Source of the DNA: Selaginella moellendorffii
Lineage: Eukaryota > Plantae > Lycopodiophyta
Direction: 5' to 3'
Assembly (NCBI RefSeq): GCF_000143415.4
Contig: NW_003314305.1
Location: 236,139-300,138 of the forward strand
Length of the DNA: 64,000 bases
Shown here: one piece after another, positions 57,731 through 64,000 of the stretch
Position numbering within the stretch: the stretch's first letter is position 1
Layout: every line of letters begins with the position of its first letter
Notes under the pieces: model-generated
What the model saw: only the letters and a program-made list of their open reading frames with translations
The model's database searches: none
What the model was told of the DNA's origin: nothing
Program-made: the position numbers and the translations under genes

Positions 57731-58947
57731 TAACAAGTTAAAGGTCTGGAAGACCTAGTACCTATTGGCAAACCTGTTAAGGTGCCGAGGTGAGATCACT
57801 AGGTGATCTTGTGACTAAATAAGGACAAGGTCCTTGTTTGGGTTAAGGAATAAGGTTCCTAGTTCAAAGTGTTGATTTGAACTATTGATGATGGTGTGGC
57901 TTGGTCAAGGTGACCAAGTGGGAAAAGCACCTTAGGGAAATGAGCTATGTCATTGCGATGGCATAGTGTGTCCAAGGAAAGTAGTCTCTAAAGAGACCCA
58001 TGAGAGGGTCACAAAGTTGGGCCGAGAATAGAGCCCACAGCAGAAGATGCTAAAAGAGACTTACTAGGGGTGAACACCCTAGTCTTGGCAAAGTAGAGCC
58101 TTTGCTATGGAATCAAAAGAATACCTCAAGGAGGGAGGTAGAGATTCGATGTTACTTGGTGCAACAATCAACGGATAGGAGCAAAAGATGAGTGGCCAAG
58201 ATAGGGCCGTGGAATCCCTTGGAAGGAATCCAAGTGACAAAGTTAGGCGAGGAACACTAATGTGTTGGACGCTAACAAATTGCGGGAAAGGAAATGTGTT
58301 TCCAAGGATGGATTCCGAATTGCTCCGATTTGGCGAAAGTGGAAGCTCCAAGGGAGGGAGCGGTAAGGTAGCCAAATGATAGGGCGATGGACAACCCTAG
58401 CACAAAGTGTAATAAATGGAACTTAGTGCCCAAGGTGGCACGAAATAGAAGAGAGGATGATGGTGCCCTCAAGTAATGAACTTCCTAGGATAGGGAAGTG
58501 GAGTTGCACAATCTGTGCAATGCAAGGTGTTGGAGACACCTAGGAAATTGACTTCCAAAAGTCAAAAGAGTAAAAGTTCCAAGGTGCAAACATTCAATAG
58601 ATGGAAATTGAGACTACTCGAGAAGGAGTAGTGGGATTGACTTAGAGAAGGGTCTCTAAGAGGTTTAGCGAGAACTAAACCAATAAAAGGAGAGAACCAC
58701 TACATGTGGTCCAATCAGTCTCTAAGTTGGAGAGACTACCCTCCTTAGAGGATAGGCAAGGCATGGTGAGCCTTTGGTGTCAAACCATTGAGGCATATGC
58801 AAAAGGCATGGTGAGCCTTCAATGTCAAACCATTGACAAATATTGGCTAGGTGCCAAGGATGGAAATGGTAACACATGCGAGTGTTACTTTACAAAATGG
58901 TTTACCGTTCGATGAGGACATCGAACTTCATCTATGGGTGGTGGAGT

Positions 58948-60481
58948 TGTGAGACACAAAATCCCTAGGCCCCAAAGTGGAGCCGGAAAGGGTGCCACGT
59001 GGTAGTGGCTGAAGCGAGAGCCAAACGAGCGTAACACGTTTGGACCAAAAGCTCCGACTTGAAAAGTCAAGAGCGGGAGTGGAACTCCCAACGAAGTGCT
59101 CGAGGAACGAGCACGAAGCGAGCAAAAAGTGAGGCTCCAAAGAGGGACCCAAAAGGACCAACACATGACACGTGGAAGTGTCCGAGATGGACTCGAGTTG
59201 GAGTCCGAAGTGGAGTCCGAGATGGACTCGAGTTGGAGTCCGAAGTGGAGTCCGAGATGGACCCGAGTTGGAGTCCGAAGTGGAGTCCGAGATGGACCCG
59301 AGTTGGAGTCCGAAGTGGAGTCCGAGATGGACCCGAGATGGAGTCCGAGATGGAGTCCGAGATGGAGTCCGAAGTCAAGACCGAGACCGAGACCGAGACC
59401 GAGATCGGGACCGAGAACGAGACCGAGGCTGAGGCCGAGACCAAGCCCGAGCCCGAGTCCGAGTCCGAGTCCGAGTCCGAGTCCGAGAGGGTGAAAGCCC
59501 AAAGCGTTCGTCTCCCAGACCCTGGGGGGTTTGGTGAGCTCCAAAAGTATAGTAGGGGGAGGACTGCAGTGGAGCCAGTTTGGCCAGGAAAGGCCAGTTT
59601 GGCCCAGGAAGGCCGGACCCAGTGTTGGGTGATGAGCTGCCCACTGGGAAGTCCAAGACTAGAGTGAACACAGACCGACAAGCGGGGTAGCTTGGTGAAG
59701 TGTTCAAGAGCCGGCTCTAGTTCCCCCGGGAGATCGACTGGCCGATGCTCCCAGTCCAAGTGTGGGTGGCACTACCTACTTGGATACCTGGTGTGGCTCA
59801 ACGGAACCCGCTCTAAGCCCATGGCTAGAGCACCCAAGGGCAGAAGGCGAGGAGAGTACCCAGGTGGCTCGCGTAAGGCCACGGTGTTCCGAAATGTTGT
59901 CCCAAAGGCCCAGACTGTGGAAAGGAAGAGGAGCAGTCCTCTAGGGTAGTGACCAAGGACACAGTCGTGTGGTGAGGAAGTCCCAGAGGATCGTGGGACT
60001 TAGTGGTCGGGCCTGTGGGTCTCGATCCAGTGGCAGTGTTGGCAAACACGGCCAGGGGCAGAAAGGGAATTGGTGGGGACTGACAGAGGGATATTGGGGA
60101 AGGCTATTCCCCTTGTCGGTGGGCATCCCAAGGATGCTAAGGAGTGGATCTGAGATGACCACTCACAGATGGTTTGCCTAGTCTTGGAGAGCCAAGACGG
60201 TGATGCAAGTGGTATTGGACTACCAGTGTGGCAAAGATGACTGGGCATGGCCTTAGCGTAACGGGCTGCTATGTCGGTGGTACCTTTGAGTGTCGGTCAT
60301 GGGATCGGACACGTGGAGCACTTGGACCAAGTGCAAATGTTGAGTGGCATGGATGCCATTCTCGGGGCTAGCAAGTCCCAAGTCCTGGATTGGACTTATG
60401 GAGGTTGTGAATGAGACTCCTCCAAGTGGTCAGAGGTGTGGTTAAGTGATTAAAGTAGAATGGAAAATTTAGTCGTTTACA
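58948..60481 (+). repeat. Element B 3' LTR (1534 bp)
   Basis: About 16 substitutions by eye (nearly all transitions) plus one extra 12-bp repeat unit relative to the 5' LTR. Confidence 0.95.
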
Positions 60482-61150
60482 GGGGTATTGAGGATGTATA
60501 TATTGGTGAAGAGGCATTTCTTTTAGCCTGAGATAAAGTTAGATATTGAGAAATATATTTATGGTTATTTAACTTATCAGGTAGTCAAAGTTGATCATTA
60601 GAAGCTTGCTACCCTCTATCATCTTCTACATACTTGAGAACAAGTGAGATAGCATCTTAATAGACTTTATCACTAGTTTGCCTAAGACCTTTCAAAGAAA
60701 TTAAGTTATTTAGGTTGTTGTAGATTATTTGATGAAGATAACTCACTTTTTCTTAGTGAAGATGATGATTAAAGCTTCTAAACTTGATCAGTTATTTGTA
60801 GACTGGTTATTCAATCTCTATGGTTTGCTGAATGATATTGTGAATAATTAGGAAATTCACATCCATATTTTGACAAATAGTCTTTGAGAAGTTAGAAATT
60901 AAGTTGAACATAAGTAGTGGTGAGCATCTACAATCAAATGGGTAGACAAAGCACATGAATTAACTATTAAAATATTTGTTGAGGTCTTTTATAGGAAATT
61001 TGACTTAATAGAAAGTATAGGAGAAGTACTTACCTTTGCTTCAATTTTCTCATAATAGCACTCGTCAATTGGCTATTGGTATATCTCTATTTATGGTGAG
61101 GTATGGCTATGAACATAGTTCTCTTATAAGTTTGAGTTTGGCTTTAGTTT
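60482..61150 (+). mobile_element. Element A continued: degenerate integrase core
   Basis: Resumes after the TSD (GVLRMY..VKRHFF); IDFITSLPKT, VVVD, LYGL.NDIV and HLQSNG*T match gypsy integrase motifs. Confidence 0.85.
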
Positions 61151-62004
61151 AGGTCCACTCTTTTTTAGGGTTAGGATAGATGTATGTGCACTATAAATGT
61201 GAGATTACCTCCCTTAAGTAAAATATGGATATGGTTTTGTCGGAAAGGGTATGAAAAAGTTTTTATTTCAAAATAGGGTAGAGTTATCAATGGCAATGGT
61301 AAATAGATTGATGTAGCTGATTATATCCAAGAAGCAAGGTGGGTCAGAAGTAAAGTTGAGAGTTTGTAGGATGCTTCTAAGCATCACTTATGCATCTTTT
61401 AGATTAGAGATTCAAAGTGATCTTTGTGAAGTGATCCTAAAAGAATAGGGATTTTTTGACTTTAAAGATGGAAAAGCTGTAGATATCACATTCTCTCAAG
61501 AAAGTAAGTGGGTAGTAAATGACAATAGAGTCTTGATCAGAGATTTTAATATGGCGTTCAAGTTGAGTTATATCAACAATAAAGCTTCATTGATATGATT
61601 GAAGTGATATAAATTTTCTTTATTCATGTTTTTATTCACATTGTATGGCATTCACACTTGTCATTTTTACATTAACAAGTTGCCAAAACTATCAAAAATC
61701 CATTCCTTAAAAACAAAGATGTTAGATGAGTTGGATTTTAATAAAAACATAACATTTAGAAGGCTAAAGTGAAATTGAGAGCAACTAAATAGCATAATCA
61801 CTTTGAAAATGGTAAAGTTGTGTTTAGAATTCAATGCATCAAATGTAATAAAAATTTCAAAGGTGGGGTGAAATGAGATATGAAGAATTTTATCTTATCT
61901 CACTTGAAGACTAGGGACATAAACTTGCTATGAAAACCATTCTTTCAGTTAATAATGATTTAAAATCCCCCTTGGTCTTATCAACTTCTATAAGCCAATA
62001 ATTC

Positions 62005-64000
62005 ATGGATGAGATAATGGAGAAAGTTGCTAAGACTTGCAAGGACTTAAGCTACAAATTTGTTTTCTGGCCAAATTGTAATTTCAACAATTTAGAGAGT
62101 ATGAAAATTCATTGCACAATGTGCAACCATATGATTCAACTCTTTTCACGACAAAGTATATATATTTTTTTCTTTAGCATTCAAATCCAATTCTTTCTTT
62201 AAACTCTTACACTCACAATATTGAGCAACATCTCGTCTCCAAAGGTCATGTAGAAATAGTTATGCGAAGCACTATAGATCGTAGACAAAACAAAAAATTA
62301 GTAATTTGGATTTTAACAGCCACCCTTCCAAGCTTTTTGTTACTGATACACAACAACAAAGTATCACTAAATTCTTTCTAATAATAGATAAATTTACTTC
62401 TTTGATTAGTTTTTTAAAATATAGTAAGACAATGGAGTAAGGATGTCCTCAAGTAGTAAGTGATGAGAATGTTGTAAAATCAAGTTGTAATTTGAATATC
62501 TTTTATTTGTGTATTTCTAGGAGTTGAAATGGTGTTATAATTATATTGGGGATATCATTTTCCAACATATAAGTATCACAAAAAACTTAAAGCCATTTCT
62601 ACAAGATAAGTTGAAAGTGAATTAGTTTGTTGAGCTAGAAACTCGATAAACTATGATTTATCTTGGGAGGGAAGTTAATATTGAAAGTACTTTTCATCAT
62701 AAATTATGCCTTTGAGTTAATCATGAAGGCTTTTCAAATCTAATATGCCTGAAGTGTGCTTTAGTTCCTGTGGAAATGATTTTAAAATATGATTTACTCA
62801 CCAAATCAAGCTAAATGACAGAGGTGATGTTGTTAGAAGTTAAAGAGTGGTTGCATCTACTAGTTGTCAGCTAAATACTTTATCATTGAAAAAGCTTCTT
62901 GCTAATCCATGATTAAGGCATTAGCTTGTATAACGGCTTGAGACTCAAGTTATAAAGCAGTGTTAGAGAATAATTGTCTTATCAATGAAAGTTCAAGGTC
63001 TTGGTGAGCATTGTTTAGAGGATTTAGCTTATATGGATATTAAAAAATTTTGTAAGGGCATTTATGATATAGCAAGGCATGGCAAATTTGAAGGAAGACA
63101 AGGTTTTGGAATTTTTGTGTGGATATCTCTAGGAACTTGTGTTGGCCAGTAATAGATAATGATAGAATACAAGGTCAAAGCAAATTTTTAAGGCTATTTG
63201 AATCCATGGAAAAGTACAAATGCATGATTTTATATCCTTAAACTTTGCTAAGTGAAGTATTTCTACAATTAGACAAGCTATGAGAATGACACTTCACTAT
63301 AGTGTTGGAGTTCAAGTATTTTTCTATAGTTTTTTAAAAATTCTATACATAAACTAAGTATTGAGTTTATAGTTTCACATATTCTAGCAAGTTCAAACAA
63401 TGTATAGTGCTTATATGAAGCAAAATGCTAGGAGAATTCTTGTACTTATGGCTGCAAATGAGACACACATCAAGACAATAGTACGTTTGGATGCAAGAAC
63501 AAATATGCTTGTTAAATTTTATGGTCCAAAAGCAAATTATAAATTTAATAAGAAGTTTCTTGTTAAAGTAGGGGCAAGAGAGGAAGGATACAATAACATT
63601 ACAATAACTTTTAACAACTTCCAACAAAATCATTATAGTTGTATTCTTATGGTGAACTCGCTATGCTATAATTTGCCAAAGTTAGTTTTTGTTATCTAGC
63701 TTACTTGCAACAGGTATTTGGATATTTTATTTGTGATTATAGTAACTTTAATTTTACATATTTGATAACGCAAATATTCAACAACAATGGGAGCAGGTAT
63801 ATGACTTTTAGGATAAAAGTTCGTGGTAAGTTCTCAGCCCAATAATTGGCCATGCATTTGATGGTGATTCAAGGTATCAATAACTAATGGTACAAGATGT
63901 AAACAACTAAAAAGAACGATTTGAGAGATAATCAAATATAAAGGGAAAGGGCCTATGAACAAGAGTACACATTCTTTTTCCAATCAGTTAAAGGTTTTGG
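62005..64000 (+). mobile_element. Degenerate DNA-transposase-like region with N-terminal zinc finger
   Basis: CTMC...EQHLVSKGH at ~62110-62250; AANETHIK..D..LVKFYG, MVNSL..LPKLV..TCN and IIGHAFDGDSR near 63450-63875; many stops. Confidence 0.4.

Larger units (their letters stand above)
46084..60481 (+). mobile_element. Non-autonomous LTR retrotransposon (element B)
   Basis: TG..CA LTRs at 46084-47605 and 58948-60481; TSD GGGGT (46079-46083 and 60482-60486); PBS TGGTATCGGAGC at 47609; G-rich PPT 58936-58947; no gag/pol ORF recognised. Confidence 0.93.

Overview
Eukaryotic land-plant DNA. Compact genes, ~50-70 nt GT-AG introns, PLS-type PPR genes and a DBD-less ARF point to a lycophyte such as Selaginella (inference, no search run). 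Three zones. (1) 22-24199: head-to-tail triplication (units of about 9474, 7316 and 7384 bp) whose breakpoint lies inside a PPR gene. Each unit carries Gag-CTD/retropepsin-like genes lacking the catalytic Asp, a PR-1 gene paired divergently with a RING-less vWA gene (two vWA copies in unit 1), and a PPR gene (truncated in units 1-2, full length in unit 3). (2) 25.3-42.3 kb: single-copy genes: subtilase, a small unknown gene, PRP28/DDX23 helicase, a large Pro-repeat/vWA/long-helix protein, a bacterial-looking Zn-dehydrogenase and a non-canonical ARF. (3) 42.3-64 kb: nested transposons: an eroded Ty3/gypsy element, interrupted by a non-coding LTR element (TSD GGGGT), which is itself interrupted by a very young non-coding LTR element in the opposite orientation, followed by a decayed DNA-transposase-like region. 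Top leads: the 34.3-38.6 kb protein, whose 11-aa proline repeats and 22-aa Asn/aromatic helical repeats match in length and suggest a PPII/alpha-helix stalk carrying a vWA domain; the conserved pseudo-retropepsin co-amplified with PR-1 and vWA; and a dense hairpin domain with tRNA-like T-loops inside the non-coding LTR element. All analysis was by eye; exon boundaries and counts are approximate.
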